Below are positions 11,262 to 23,890 of a stretch of 43,242 bases of DNA, piece after piece (the stretch's first letter is position 1; each line of letters starts with the position of its first letter). Both the position numbers and the translations under genes were made by a program. The stretch lies in the NCBI GenBank assembly GCA_038087875.1, contig JAXLNO010000658.1, forward strand, positions 1 to 43,242. Direction: 5' to 3'. Source of the DNA: Malacoraja senta (taxonomy: Eukaryota). The notes under the pieces are model-generated. The model saw only the letters and a program-made list of their open reading frames with translations, was not told the origin of the DNA and ran no database searches.

Positions 11262-13050
11262 GACCACATGTGATCCAAGGAGAGATAGCTGACCGAATAG
11301 AAAATTGGCTTCATGGAAGGAAGCAGGGGTTGATAGTGGAAGGGTGCTTTTCTGACTGGAGGTCTGTGACCAGTGATGTGCCTCTGGGTTCGGTGCAGGG
11401 TCCATTACTGTTTGTCAGATATATCAATGATTTGGATGAGAAAGTACATGGCATGATTAGCAAGTTTGCAAAGTGGGTGGTATTGTAGATAGTGAAGATG
11501 GTTGTCAAAACTTGCAGCAGGATCTTGATCAGCTGGGCAGGTGGGCAGAGGAATTGTTGATGGAGTTTAATACAGAGAAGTGCGAGATATTGCATTTTGG
11601 GCAGCCTAATAAGGGCAGGACGTACACATTGGACGCAAGGCTCTGGGGAGTATGGTAGAGCAGAGGGATCTTGGAGTATAGGTGCACAGTTCCTTGAAAG
11701 TGACATCACATGTAACATATAATCCTCCGACATTTTCACCACCTCCAATGGGATCCCACCACTGGCCACATCTTCCCAGCTCCTCCCCTTTCTGCTTTCC
11801 GCAGAGACCGTTCCCTCCGTAACTCCGTGGTCAATTCGGCCCTTCCCACCCAAACCACCCCCTGCCCTGGTACTTTCCCTTGCAACCATAGGAAATGCTA
11901 CACTTATCGCTTTACATCCCCCCTTGACTCCCTCCAAAGACCCAAACAGTCTTTCCAGGTGAGGCAGAGGTTCACCTGCACCTCCTTCAACCTCATCTAC
12001 TGCATCTGCTGTTCCAGGTGTCAGCTGCTCTACATCGGTGAGACTAAGCGCAGGCTTGGCGATCGCTTCGCCCAACACTTCTGCTTAGTTCACAATAACC
12101 TACAACTCCCCCTCCCATTCCGAATCCGACCTTTCTGTCCTGGGCCTCCTCCATGGCCAGAGTGAGGCCCAGTGCAAATTGGAGGAGAAGTATCTCATAT
12201 TTCGCTTGGGTAGTTTAAACCCCAGCGATATGAACATTGACTTCTCCAATTTCAGGTAGTCCTTGCTTTCTCCCTCCTTCCCCTCCCCTTCCCAGCTCTC
12301 ACAGCCTACCGTCTGCGCCTCTTCCTTTTTTTTTCGCACCCCCACCTCCCGACATCAGTCTGAAGAAGGGTCTCGACCCGAAACATGGACTATTCCTTCG
12401 CTCCATAGATGCTGCCTCACCTGCTGAGTTTCTTCAGCATTTTGTCTACCTTCACATGTAGATAGGGTGATCAAGAAGGTTTTTGGAACATTGGCCTTCA
12501 TTCATGAGAATAGAAGTTGGGAGGTCATGATACAGTTATATGACATTGGTGAGGCCACATTTACAGGATTGTGTTCAGTTTTGGTCACCATGTTATAGAA
12601 AAGATGTTGTCAAGCTCGAAAGGATGCAGAGAAGATTTACGAGGATGTTGCCAGGATTCGAGGGCCTAGGTTATCAGTTGAGCAGGCTAGGACACTATTC
12701 CTTGAATCACAGGAGGATGAGGGGAGATCTTATAGAAGTGTACAAAATCATAAGAGGAATAGATTGGGTAAATGCACAGAGTCATTTGCCCAGAGTAGGG
12801 GAATCGAGAATAAAAGAGCATAGGTTTAATGTGAGGGGAGAAAGATTTAATAGGAACCTGAGGGGTAACCTTTTTACACAAAGGCTGGTGGCTATATGGA
12901 ACAAGCTGCCAGAGGAGGTAGTTGAGGCAGGTACTATCTTATCATTTGAGAGACATTTGGACGGGTACATGGATAGGATAGGTTTAGAGGGTTATGGACC
13001 AAGTGTGCGCATGTTGGTCGGCATGGGCAAGTTAGGCTGTAAGGCTCTAT
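11262..13050 (+). mobile_element. CR1 LINE RT/3' fragment split by a Penelope insertion
   Basis: VTSDVPLGSVQGPLLF..YINDLD..ISKFA before the insert; LVRPHL..CVQFWSP..WNKLP after it. Confidence 0.9.
11715..12451 (+). mobile_element. Penelope-like element (5'-truncated) with GIY-YIG endonuclease remnant and terminal repeat
   Basis: NLIYCICCSRCQLLYIGETKRRLGDRF; 9-bp flanking duplication tcacatgta at 11706-11714 and 12452-12460. Confidence 0.9.
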
Positions 13051-13971
13051 AACCATTTTAGTTGAAGCAATGTCTGACATTCTTAAAATGTGCATTTAAA
13101 ATAGTAACAATTTGCAGAGTGAAAAAGTGTTCTCACCAAATAGCCTCTCGTGCTGTTTTCTCCAACATATTCCATCAAAAAAGTGGAACAGAATAGAGGC
13201 CTGGCATTTCACAATTAAAAATAAAAGAGGAAAGCCAGAATACAAGTCATCAAGTGCGTCTGGTTCACACACTGTCCCATTAAGATGCATGCCTTTTCTT
13301 CAAAGCTCTCCCTGTCACAACTCAGCTACTATGTTTCCCTAGACCATAAAAAAAACCTTGCCAAGTAAGATTAAACTCATTAATATAGTTGCAGCCTCAT
13401 TGATATAATTAAATTGCCAACCACCTCCTGGGAGCCATTGGCTGTCAACCCATGCCTTGAATCTGTTAAAACTCAAAGTGGGTGGTTCACATTGGAGTTG
13501 TGATTTGGTTTCAGATTTATAACATTTACCCACAGAGTACAATGACAAGGATGTTATGCTAAACATTTAATACGGCAGTGGAATTTTCAGAAGGGGAATT
13601 GATCTAATTCAGGTCATCACAGTTAACATTCCGTAGGGAAGAAATTTGTTTCTCAAGGAAACTTAACTTTGTAATTTGCAGCAAGCTAGATGAAAAGGAG
13701 ACACAAGAAAGTGCAGCAGCTGGTATCTTGATCAAAAAAGAAAGTGCTGTAGGAACTCAGCAGATCAGGCTGCTACTGCAGAGGGAATGGACAAGTCACA
13801 TCTCAGCTCAGGACCCTTCTGCAGATGAATAGTGTGTCAACAAATTGCGATTTTTTTCCCTTCAAGCTGCATCTTCTACATGTACTGTAATGACTTTTAC
13901 AAATCATTTAAACTGCTCACCTCACAGATGCTGAACTGTTTTCACAGATACTGTACATTGTTCCTCATTAG

Positions 13972-14202
13972 GCAGAGAAAAATGCTGGAGAAACTCAACG
14001 GGTGCGGCAGCATCTATGGAGGGGAGGAATAGGTGACGTTTTGGGTCGAGTCCCTTCTTCAGACTGATGTGGGGGTGGGTGGGGGGGGCGGGAAGAAGAA
14101 AGGAAGAGGCGGAGACAGTGGGCTGTGGGAGAGCTCGGAAGGGGGGGGGGGAAGGAGGGAGAAAGGAAGGACCTTTTTCCAGCATCTGCAGTTCTTTCTT
14201 AA
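13972..14202 (-). mobile_element. Penelope-like terminal repeat fragment with hammerhead-like core
   Basis: Reverse strand cagtctgaagaagggactcgacccaaaacgtcacc; an inverted ccagcatctgcagttc segment follows. Confidence 0.75.
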
Positions 14203-14297
14203 ACACATCCTCATTTAGGTGGTCAGACTATAGACCGAAAATATCATACTAAATCTGACTGATGAGAGTGCCTCCTTTACGTGTTTGTAATGTCAAT

Positions 14298-14955
14298 ATT
14301 GATTGATTGATCAATTGATTGAAAGATATAGCATGGAAAAAGGCCCTTCAGCTCACCGAGTCCTCGCTGACCATCGATCATCCCTTCACACTAGTTCAAT
14401 GTTTTCCCACCTTCCCATCCACACCCCACACACTAGGGGAAAGTTACAGAGGAAGTCAAATAACCTACATACCCACACATCTTTGGGGTGTGGGAGGAAG
14501 CCGGAGCACCCAGTGGTAACCGTGCAGTCTTTAGTTTTACTTTTGGAGATAGAGCGCGAAAACAGGTCATTCGGCCCACCGAGTCCGCACAGACCAGCGA
14601 TCCCAGCACATTAACACTGTCCTACACATAGTAGGAACAATTTACACTTAAACCAAGTATACAAACCCAAACCAATTAACCTACAAGCCTGTACGTCTTT
14701 GGAATGTGGGAGGAAACCGAAGATCTCGGAGAAAATCCATGCAGTCACGGGGAGAACATACAAACTCTGTACAGACAGCACCCATAGTCAGGATCGAACC
14801 CGCGTCTCTGGCACCACCGTGCTGACTCTGCACCACCGTGCTGCCAGTCACAGGGAGAATGTACAAACTACACTCAGACAGCACCCGAGGTCAAGATCGA
14901 ACTCAGACCTCTGATGCTGTGAGGCAGCAGCTCTACCAGCTGTGCCACTGTGCTA
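14298..14955 (-). mobile_element. HE1-like SINE containing a second HE1-like SINE (14530-14844)
   Basis: Outer copy breaks at cagtc 14525-14529 and resumes at cagtc 14845-14849; both copies have B boxes and CR1-type tails. Confidence 0.8.
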
Positions 14956-15239
14956 ACCTATTCATACCTAATTTTTATTGGCATTGGACACCAGTTTAGA
15001 CATCTGACCAGCTGTCTCGATGCTGCTCTTCTTGCTGATTGCCTGTTGGCATCATGTTTCTTTATCATTATCCTAACATACTGTAGGCCCAGGGTCCATG
15101 TTCTGATGTAAGCCACATGAACTCGAGTAATGTCAACTATGGCAAGGTCTATCCACCATTCCCTCAAAGACTCTAAATTTCCCTCGACTGAAAGAAGCTT
15201 TCATTTCATCAAATTCTACATTCCTCTTGATTCCAGTAC

Positions 15240-16005
15240 TGGGTGGTACCGTCAGCGATGGCAGCCTCGCCAACAGTCTGTCTGTCTTTTCGTCTTTTTT
15301 AATTTATTTTTAGTGTGATTTAAAAGTATGTGTTAATATACTCTGATTTGTTTTATGTGGGTGAGAGGGGGTCGGGGGAAACTTTTTTCAATCTCTTACC
15401 TTGCCGGAGATGCGATTGTTTTCCAGATTGTATCTCTGGTCGCTCTGTAGCCTAACATCATGGAGCTGGAGGCCTTGCTCGAGTGAGATGGAGCCCCACC
15501 GCGAGGCCGTGGACTTACCATCGGATCCTGCGATCCCTTGCGTGGGATCGACGCTCCAAATGCGGCCTGCGGATTTCACCATCGAGGAGCTCGCATTCTC
15601 GGGTAGAGACCGATGTCGGGAGCTCCAAACAATGCAGAAGGTTTCGACCAGCCCAAACCTGGGGTCAGCTCACCTGGCGCGGGGGAGCTGAGATTCCCCC
15701 CCGATGCAGGAGCTTGATTGCCCCGGCATGAGGGCCTAAACGTCAAGATCGCACCGTCAATGGAAGGCTCGAGGCCCCAGACTGTGGGAGAATAAAGAAG
15801 GGAGATATTGAACTTTTTTTCACTTTCCATTACAGTGACAAATGTGGAGGAGTCACTGTGGTGGATGTTTATGTTAAAATGTATTTGTGTGTTCTGTTGC
15901 TTTTTATTGGTATGTCTGTATGGCCAAAGAAATTCCTCGTATGTTGCAAAACATACTTGGCTAATAAAATATGATCATGATTATGATGAGTATGATGATT
16001 ATGAT
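15240..16005 (+). mobile_element. Unclassified non-autonomous retroelement with AATAAA and (ATGATT)n-like tail
   Basis: Homologous to 5520-5900; ends ggctaataaaatatgatcatgattatgatgagtatgatgattatgat. Confidence 0.65.
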
Positions 16006-16264
16006 AATATGGAACAATTCAATCTAAGATCCTTTTTAAAAGTTTTTCACAGCAGAACTCTTTGACGTGAGTAGTTTTTTCTAAGTGCAGATCAGAAACA
16101 TAATTCTACAGAGGCATTAGAGAGCGCACAGTAGAAAACTACTAGATTGGTTAAAAAAAAGATGAAATACTGTTACTTAAGGAGATTGAAAGAGCAGGAG
16201 TAGTACTGCCAAGAGCAGATGACAGATTTTACACTGACATTCAAAACTCTCATGGAGAATTTAA

Positions 16265-16835
16265 AAGATTCAAAGACATGCCACCCAGGTCATTCCTTCT
16301 TCTCCCTGTTCATGTTTGACAGAAGGTTCAGATGCTTGAATGTGCAACCACCAGACTTGGGAACAGCTTCTTCCCCTTTGTTATCAGGCTTTTGAACTGT
16401 CCTTCCATAATCTAAGACATTGTCTGATTCACAACTACCCCATTGAGGACATTGGACTTTGTGTGTGGAATTAATGTGCAACAATGCTGAGATTGTAATG
16501 TGCACTCTGTATCTTTCCCTTTGCTCTACCTATTGTATTTGAGTTTGACTTGATTGTATTTATGTATGGTATAATTGAAACAAGCATCTTCAGATGCGGG
16601 TTAAAGCGCAGAAGGACACAAAGTGCTGGAGTGACTCAGCAAGTCAGGCAGCAGTCTGAAAAAGGGTCTCGACCTGAAATGTCACTTATGTTCTCCCAAG
16701 ATGCTGCCTGACCTTCTGAGTTACTCCAGCACTATGTGTCCTTTTATTTTGGTAAATCTGATTTGATAGCATGCAAAACAAAGCATTTCACTGTAGCTTA
16801 GTACAACGCGGTACCTGTCTCAATAATGCACCCAA
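16265..16835 (+). mobile_element. Rex1/Babar-like LINE 3' fragment with a Penelope-derived hairpin insert
   Basis: 'hp.hsff.l..rrfr.l...ttrlgnsffp..irlln'-like C-terminus; insert at about 16585-16745. Confidence 0.6.
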
Positions 16836-19062
16836 ACCTAAGCCTGAACCTTAGAAGAGACAGTTTCTGGTGACAGAATGTCTGGGGCTAGAGGCCATGT
16901 TTTTAATGCAATTGACAAAAGAAGCAGAGACAAGATGAGATTTGTTTTTAAAATGTCATAATTTGGAATATGCTCTTTGACAGGGTGGTGGAAGCAGAAT
17001 GATTCCCAAAGGATTAATGTTTCAAAGGAAAACAGTTCTAGTGCAATAGGTAAAGATCTGGGCAAATGTGCTGAATAGCCTCTTTGTGTGATCTATCAGT
17101 CTATGCTCTATGGACATACTCTAACATATCTATTTAGTACAGATAGTTGCTGCATAATAGACTCAGAAGTAAAATAGATTGTTTTTAACCACACCCACTT
17201 GTGACTAACTGAGAGTGGGAGTAAGAATGAAAAGAACACAGATAAATAACAAATCTGGAAACACAACAGAAATCATTTATCAGAAAGATCTTTGCGCTAG
17301 TTAAGCTCTCCAGTTGTAATCAAGACTGTACCCACAGGTCAACTACGTCAACTGGTATTCCAGAAAGATTCTAAATTGTCCATTCTGCAATCACAATAAA
17401 GATACACAAGTCCTAAGAGAGTACTCAGTCTAGATTTGTATCATTCAGCCGAATTCTGGAGCCTGCAATTGTACTGAAAATTCAAACTTCTCTGAAAGCT
17501 GTTCCACAAAGTAATCTGTGCGTATATTTACTGATTTCCTATGTGGCCCTGCTGTCTCTTCAACCAGGATCGAAGGAAACATATCGAGACCTCCCTGTAA
17601 AAAGAAGGCATAGTTGTGATTTAATTAGCAGAAACTAATGATTCACTGCAAACACCACCATTGGCAATGGCAAATTCAATGAGGCACAGAGGCAGGTCTG
17701 CAGGCTCATTATATGTTTATACTGCGCCCCACAAAGGTGAGGATTAACACTCACAGAAAGAAGGCTATTTGTCATTTGCTCAAGGGAGCTTGTAACTGAG
17801 AGCTTGTTACAAAATCTCATGAGAATGAGCACAGGAGCAATCATGGCTGAGCATTTAACTCTTCTAGAAATGTAATTTACTTGATCAAACATCCCTATCA
17901 GTTTGCTTTGGAAGATGTTTTAGTTTAATAAATCCAATATATTGAACCTATACCCTTTCAACAAAGGCACTGAAAACCAGACAAGACCCACAAGGCACTA
18001 ATTAATATTGGGAACATGGGAAGAGATTTCTTAATCTCAAAGAAGAGGTTATTAAGAGCCAGGGTACATAGAGATCAGGCAATAATGCTGACTGGCAACA
18101 GAATTTATTAGTCTGAGAAATAGCATGGAAGATAGTGTGCAGGTTCGATTTAGCAATGCTTTTCATTTGTATCTTGGGTATAATACTGTCAGGGAATATG
18201 GAGACTAATTCATTAGTAAGCGAGACCATAGCTTGCACTCTAGTGATTTCCCCACCTGAAAGCCATTTTAATTTAAAATAAAAGACAAATAAGGAAACCT
18301 GGGATCTATTCTGGCAAATGGCTCTTTAACTGGCCTACAATAAAAGCAATAAAGGCAGTTATGCTGTGCTGATTCTGGCTGAGAATATTACTGAAGCTAG
18401 CTTCTGTAAAAATAGACTGTGATGAGGTAGTCCGTACTCTGCTAGAATCAAAAGGAGTTGGCAGTAGAGGGTAATATTGGAACACAGAGCTGGCCCTTCA
18501 GCCCACACTATCTGGGCTGAGCATGATGCCATTTTAAACTGCCTCCACATAACCCATATTCCTCCATTCCCTTCTTATCATCGTAACTGCCTCCACCACC
18601 TCCAACATTTGACAGCATATTCCAGGCACCCATGTAAAAAAGCCTGCCCTGCACATCTATATAACTAAAAGTCTCATCTTGACCACTTCCTGTCTGCGCT
18701 GTATATTGATTTTAGAAAAAAAGCTACTCTATATCGCTATGATTTTTGGCCATCTTACTCACAGTCCTCCTCCGCTGAGGCAGCCCTGAGGATTTTTATA
18801 ATCGATGAAAGATAAAAAATTTCTGAGTGTTTAAAAAATCTTGAGATCAGCTGATTGGTCCTCTCGCCTGTCAATCACCATGATGAAGATAACACCCCTT
18901 CCGGGGGGGGGGGGAGGGCAGGACTATAAAACCCAGGATGCCTGGACGTGAGTCAGTCACTCTGGAAGATCACGAGGGAGAGACCACAACTGTGATTCTA
19001 AGCTTTGAATCAACTGAACTGTGAGTCTGCAATGTACTTGCAATAAATGATTTGTTAGCCTT

Positions 19063-19580
19063 AATGAAAATGAAATGAGTTGTTTGGCCTGCCCTGTGCT
19101 TGAAACTGCAATGAAAATGGAAATGAAATGAAAATGCAATGAGCTGTTTGGCCTGCCCTGTGTTTGAAACTGCAATGGTAATGGAAATAATATGAAAATG
19201 CAATGAGCTGTTTGGCCGGCCATCTGCTTGAAACTTCAATGGAAATGGAAATGAAATGAAAATGCAATGAGCTGTTTGGCCTGCCCTATGCTTGAAACTG
19301 CAATGGAAATTGAAATGAAATGAAAATACACTGCGCTTTGGCCTGCCCTGTGCTTGAAACTGCAATGGAAATGGAAATGAAATGAAAATTAAATGAGTTG
19401 TTTCGCCTGTGCTTGAAATTGAAATGGACATGAAATGAAATGAGTTGTTTGGCTTGCCCTGTGCTTGAAATTGAAATGGAAATGGATATGGAAATGGAAA
19501 TGAAATGAGTTGTTTGGCCTGCCCTGTGCTTGAAATTGAAATGGAAATGAAATGAAATGAGTTGTTTGGCCTGCCTGAAA
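19063..19580. repeat. Variable ~50-65 bp minisatellite (tgagctgtttggcctgccctgtgcttgaaa + (gaaat)n)
   Basis: About nine visible units. Confidence 0.9.
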
Positions 19581-20000
19581 CCACTAATTTCGGCTCAAGA
19601 AACCGGTCCCTTTTGCCCCAAATGCCCGTATTAGCCCAGCAGGAGCATTTTCGCCCAAAAGGCCCGTGCCAGGCCAGGAAAAGTCCAGAAAAAGTGCCTT
19701 TCACTGAGATTTCACTGATATTTTTAAGAGCCCCTTCGGCCCATCAAGCCTGTACTAGCCCAGGAGGAGTCCCTTCCGTCCATCAGTAAGTATTCCCCCT
19801 GCAAGTATTAAACCTCACTCCAGTATTTTTCTCCCTCCCTTCATTGGATCCCTGTGAGTTCCAGGCCAGGATAGACTTACCTCCTTCATTGCTGTGATCT
19901 GCAGAAAAAGATGAAAAATGTCTAAAATTGATTCTCCACCCTCTCCACCTTCTCTCTCACAGAGTCTCTCACCTGATGTGGGCAGAATTTCTGGCAGTTT

Positions 20001-20162
20001 CTGAGCTGCCAGCCCACCAGACCTGAGTGACTGAGCTGCCAGCCCACCAGGCATGAGTGACTGAGCTGCCAGCCCACCAGGCCTGAGTGACTGAGCTGCC
20101 AGCCCACCAGGCCTGAGTGACTGAGCTGCCAGCCCAACAGGCCCGAGTGACTGAGCTGCCAG
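20001..20162. repeat. 30-bp tandem repeat ctgagctgccagcccaccaggcctgagtga
   Basis: Five full copies and one partial, nearly identical. Confidence 0.95.
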
Positions 20163-21449
20163 TCCAAGAATCCATTTGGCCCACAATGTCCATACTAGCC
20201 CTCTGGAAACCAGTCTCTTTGGCCCACAATGTCCATACTAGTGCTCCAGAAAGCACCCCTCCCCCCTCCCCCCACTGGCCTCCAATATTGGAATTGGTGG
20301 AGAGGTGGAATATTGCATTGGGGGACCTGCCGTCCCATGTGAACATGGAATCCAACGGGTCCCACTTAGTCTAGTCTCCTTTAAACCTAGCCACTTTCAC
20401 CTGAAAGCTATACCCTCTAGTCTTTGACATTCCACCCAGGGAGAAAGGTTATAACTTCTGATGTTACCTATGCCTCATAATTTTATATACCTCTAGCAAT
20501 AACTTTCTGATACTCCAGAGAAAGTAGTGTAAGTTTGTCCAGTTTCTCCTTATAACTAATACCCTCTAATCCAGTCAGCCTTCTGGTAAACAAATTTGCA
20601 CCCTCTCTAAAGCAACCACATCCTTCCTGTAATGTGGTGACCAGACCTGCATGGAATACTCCAAATGCAGCATAACCAGTCCAATAAAGCTGCAACTTGA
20701 CTTCCTATGACATACTCAATGGCCCAATCGATGATGGCCTTCTTTACCACACTATCTAATTGTGTGGACACTTTCAGGAAAAAAGACCAGAAAAGTAAAA
20801 CGTTTTGACTTATTTAATGCATTTATTTCGTGGATGTAGATGTATATCCGAGGATTTATTGTTTATTCAAATTGCCCTTGAGCTGAGGAGATGGATCAGA
20901 ATGAACCAAATAGACTTTAAGGATAATCCAATGGTTTTATGGTTAACATAACCAAGACTAAATTTTAAAAATAAAATTGAGAGTTATTTAAATACCTGAG
21001 TTTATATTCTCCAACTGAAATAGCTCCCCATAGAAATTGCATGGGCTGCCTTCACAATGTTTGTGAAGCAGCATCTTTCTGCAGATAAGAATTTCAAGGG
21101 ACAATGAAATTTACTGGCAGCTTTTCCTTCAGAAATTATGCAAGTACATGAAAGGATATGTGCGAGAGGAAATTCTCCATGCTCACAGCAAGTATTGGGT
21201 GGGAATAGATCAGAAACGAAAGGAATTTCAGATGCAATGCAAATGCCCAGTGGGAGCTCATGAGTTAGGGACGTGGCAATAGCAGGGGATGATCACTCTC
21301 TTTGATGAAGAAAATAGTTCTGGATATATGGCTAATGAAGAGCAACCTCAAATTTCAGCCTTGCCGATTTTTGCAAATCTTTCATTCATCTGTTCTATAT
21401 GTCTCTACATCACCGTCTATATCTCTCGTTTTCCTTTCCCCTGTCTCTC

Positions 21450-21485
21450 AGCCTGAAGAAGGGTCTCGACCCGAAACGTTACTTA
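21450..21485 (+). ncRNA. Minimal type I hammerhead-ribozyme-like motif in a Penelope terminal repeat (best-preserved core)
   Basis: CTGAAGA-A-GGGTC/tc/GACCC-GAAAC-GTT: CUGANGA and GAAA boxes flank a 5-bp stem II, with a palindromic, loopless stem III. Confidence 0.65.
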
Positions 21486-22124
21486 TTCCTTTTCTCCAGA
21501 GATACTGTCGGTGCCGTTGAGTTACTCCAACTTTTTGTGTTTCCATGTTGCATCTCTAAAGTCTAAAGCCTAAAGTTCATGATCATGACCTTGTGGGAGT
21601 TGAAGGGTTCTTTTGATGGTTCATGTCAAGTCCACCTTCTTAGCCTCAATGATCGATTATCCCAAAGAGTCATAGGGTGCCAGCTCCCATCGCTGACCCA
21701 CAACCACTGGCTCAGTTATCCCTTGAAGACTTGGTTCACACAGATGTCACTGTATGTCATGTTGTCACTTGCAGGCAGAACACCAAGGCAAATTCCTTGT
21801 ATGTGAATACTTGGCCAATAAACTTATTCATTCATTACCATCACTTTAAGATCATTAAAGAAAGTGGTTCATGCAGCACCCTTGTCCAGGATTCTTCACA
21901 AATTAAAACTTCCTCCTGCAAACACAGAGGAAATTGTCAGAATTGACTGTTCAGTGATTTTTTTTAAAGAATATTCTCATGGTCATCTGATTTCTAGCTT
22001 GGCCTATTTTGAATGATGCCCAACGGCCCAATTCCAGTCCCATAAATGCAGTACAGGTCCACCATTGATTTTCCAACATCCTTGGTTTCAGAGCTTTTCT
22101 GATTATCTGTTTCGCTGGACCAGT

Positions 22125-22720
22125 GATTTAATGATTCAATGATTCAATGATACTTTATTGTCACATGTATCTAGGTACAGTGAAATGCTTTGTTATACAT
22201 AAAACTAGGTAAAATAATGTAGCAGACCTCACCTAGCCAGTACACAAGTGTTGCCATATTTCAGTGTTAAAAAAGTTACAAAAGTTCACCAAACATTCCC
22301 ATCTACTGCTTGCCGCTGCAAATGGCAGCAGTTCCCCCCCCCCCCATTCCCCCGTCCCCCCCCCATTCCCCCGTACCCCCCCCCATTGCCCCCCCCCATT
22401 CCCCTGTACCCCCCCCCCATTGCCCCACCCCCCCCCCATTCCCCCGTACCCCCCCCCATTCCCCCCCCACCCCCCATCAGGTCCCCGCTTCAGCCGAGTG
22501 TTATGGCCTCCGAGAGGAGTCCAAAGGTACTTGAACTGTGCATCTCGTCAGCTGTGGAGCCAAGATATTGGCCCATAAATTCAGCCGTGGAAGTCGGCTA
22601 CGGGAACAGATCTGCTGGCTCCGGCCGGGCAGGGTTCCAGAACCCCGGCTGCAGGTGGAAAATTCGACCCGCCGATCAACGCAGAAGTCCTGATGAAGTC
22701 GAGATCCTCCACCTCATCCA
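22125..22720 (-). mobile_element. Non-autonomous retroelement with (ATCATTGA)n tail and internal C-rich minisatellite (22333-22475)
   Basis: tgattcaatgattcaatgatactttattg is a reverse AATAAA plus tandem tail; repeated ccccccattccccgtacc. Confidence 0.55.
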
Positions 22721-23890
22721 GCCTGGGCACCAAATTCTCAGGAGGAACTCTGGGTGGGGGGATTTCAAGTGTACTCTCCTAATTTAGTGCAAGATTAAAG
22801 GAGGTGCCGGATCACCAATTGGCAAAAAATTGTTGATGGACCTTTAGTGGATTAAGGCAGGTAAATAATTTTAATTGGCTTTGTAAGCCATTGTTTCCAC
22901 CCCAAATCCTTAATGAAAACACCCTTTCCTTCCTCAACACCCCGCACACCAATTCTGATCATTACCAATCCTCTCCACCCCAGTATCTACCCCACTTTTA
23001 TCTTCACCACTCACTGGCTTTCCAGACAATCAACTTTGTCCTCCCCTTTATACCTTCCCCTTCCCCTTCCCCCTCCTCTTTCCAGAATGAGCTTCTTAAC
23101 CTTCAACCATTTCCCCTCCAATTGTCCTTTACATTTCCACCAGTCTACTGACAAACTCAATTCCCCATATAAACAAATAAAACATTGCAGTTGAGACCAT
23201 CCAAAAGTTTCTCTTTGTTCTTCAAAGGTAGAATGCTACACTATTTGCTGCCTCAAGGCAATATTCTTTGGCCTTTAGCAATGTTCTGCAAAATCTTAAT
23301 CCTATTAATGGCTTGGCACATTACATTTTGGAATATCAAGCTGTTAAATTATTCCCAGACTACTAATTAAGAACTTATTGGAAGTTGTTTGCTACTTTAT
23401 AAGATTTTAAAAAAACGGAACAATTTACTGTGCACAAATGCGTACCCATACTGTCTAAAGATAAAATTGTGACTTCATTCTTCTCTTGTCTCAGAACTTT
23501 ATTAATAATGATTGCCAATAATTTGTTTCAGCTTATTAATAATATAACAGATCTACTTGCATACTAAGTGTGTGAATAACATCCCTGATGAGTTGAAATT
23601 GCATCTTTCTTGTCACCAGAAAGATGATAGGCCAAAAATTATTTTGCAACTGTTCTGTGCAATTAGAGCACTTTTAAAATGTGTTATAGGTTCTTCTTGC
23701 ATGTTCATTTTGGGATTTAGTTCCCCCCCCCACCCCACCCCCTCCCTCCTGCACCTCACCCCCCCACCCCACTTTCTCTGCCCTACCCTGGCCTATTGTC
23801 ATTGTGTACTTTTCAGCCAAGTAGGTACCACTCCAAGTTTACTTTTTGGAGTATGCTTCTACCATTAACTCTGACTGTCGCTCTTATTAA

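Larger units (their letters stand above)
18656..20374 (+). mobile_element. Non-autonomous Helitron with internal minisatellites
   Basis: 5' TC (tctatataactaaaa), 3' CTAG preceded by a hairpin-like tccaacgggtcc, inserted between A and T with no TSD. Confidence 0.88.
18470..20780 (-). mobile_element. CR1 fragment interrupted by a Helitron
   Basis: Flanks rejoin as gccctgcaca|tctcctttaaac, a CR1 RT reverse-strand sequence; 20483-20695 reads FTRRLTGLEGISYKEKLDKL. Confidence 0.8.

Noticed and set aside
11311..12078. 255-aa minus-strand ORF
   Set aside because: Antisense shadow spanning a CR1-Penelope junction
13357..13462. Copper P-type ATPase assignment from 'EAATILMSLILLGK'
   Set aside because: Superficial resemblance; neighbouring exons show no ATPase motifs
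18957..19704. 244-aa repetitive ORF
   Set aside because: Arises from a minisatellite that lacks stops on that strand
20001..20162. 30-bp repeats as a CRISPR array
   Set aside because: Head-to-tail units with no unique spacers and no cas genes; eukaryotic Helitron context
22233..22787. Proline-rich or glycine-rich ORFs
   Set aside because: C-rich minisatellite within a repeat
23229..23258. Plus-strand 30-nt exon (RMLHYLLPQ)
   Set aside because: Would need a weak non-consensus GC donor (gcaata); no other support
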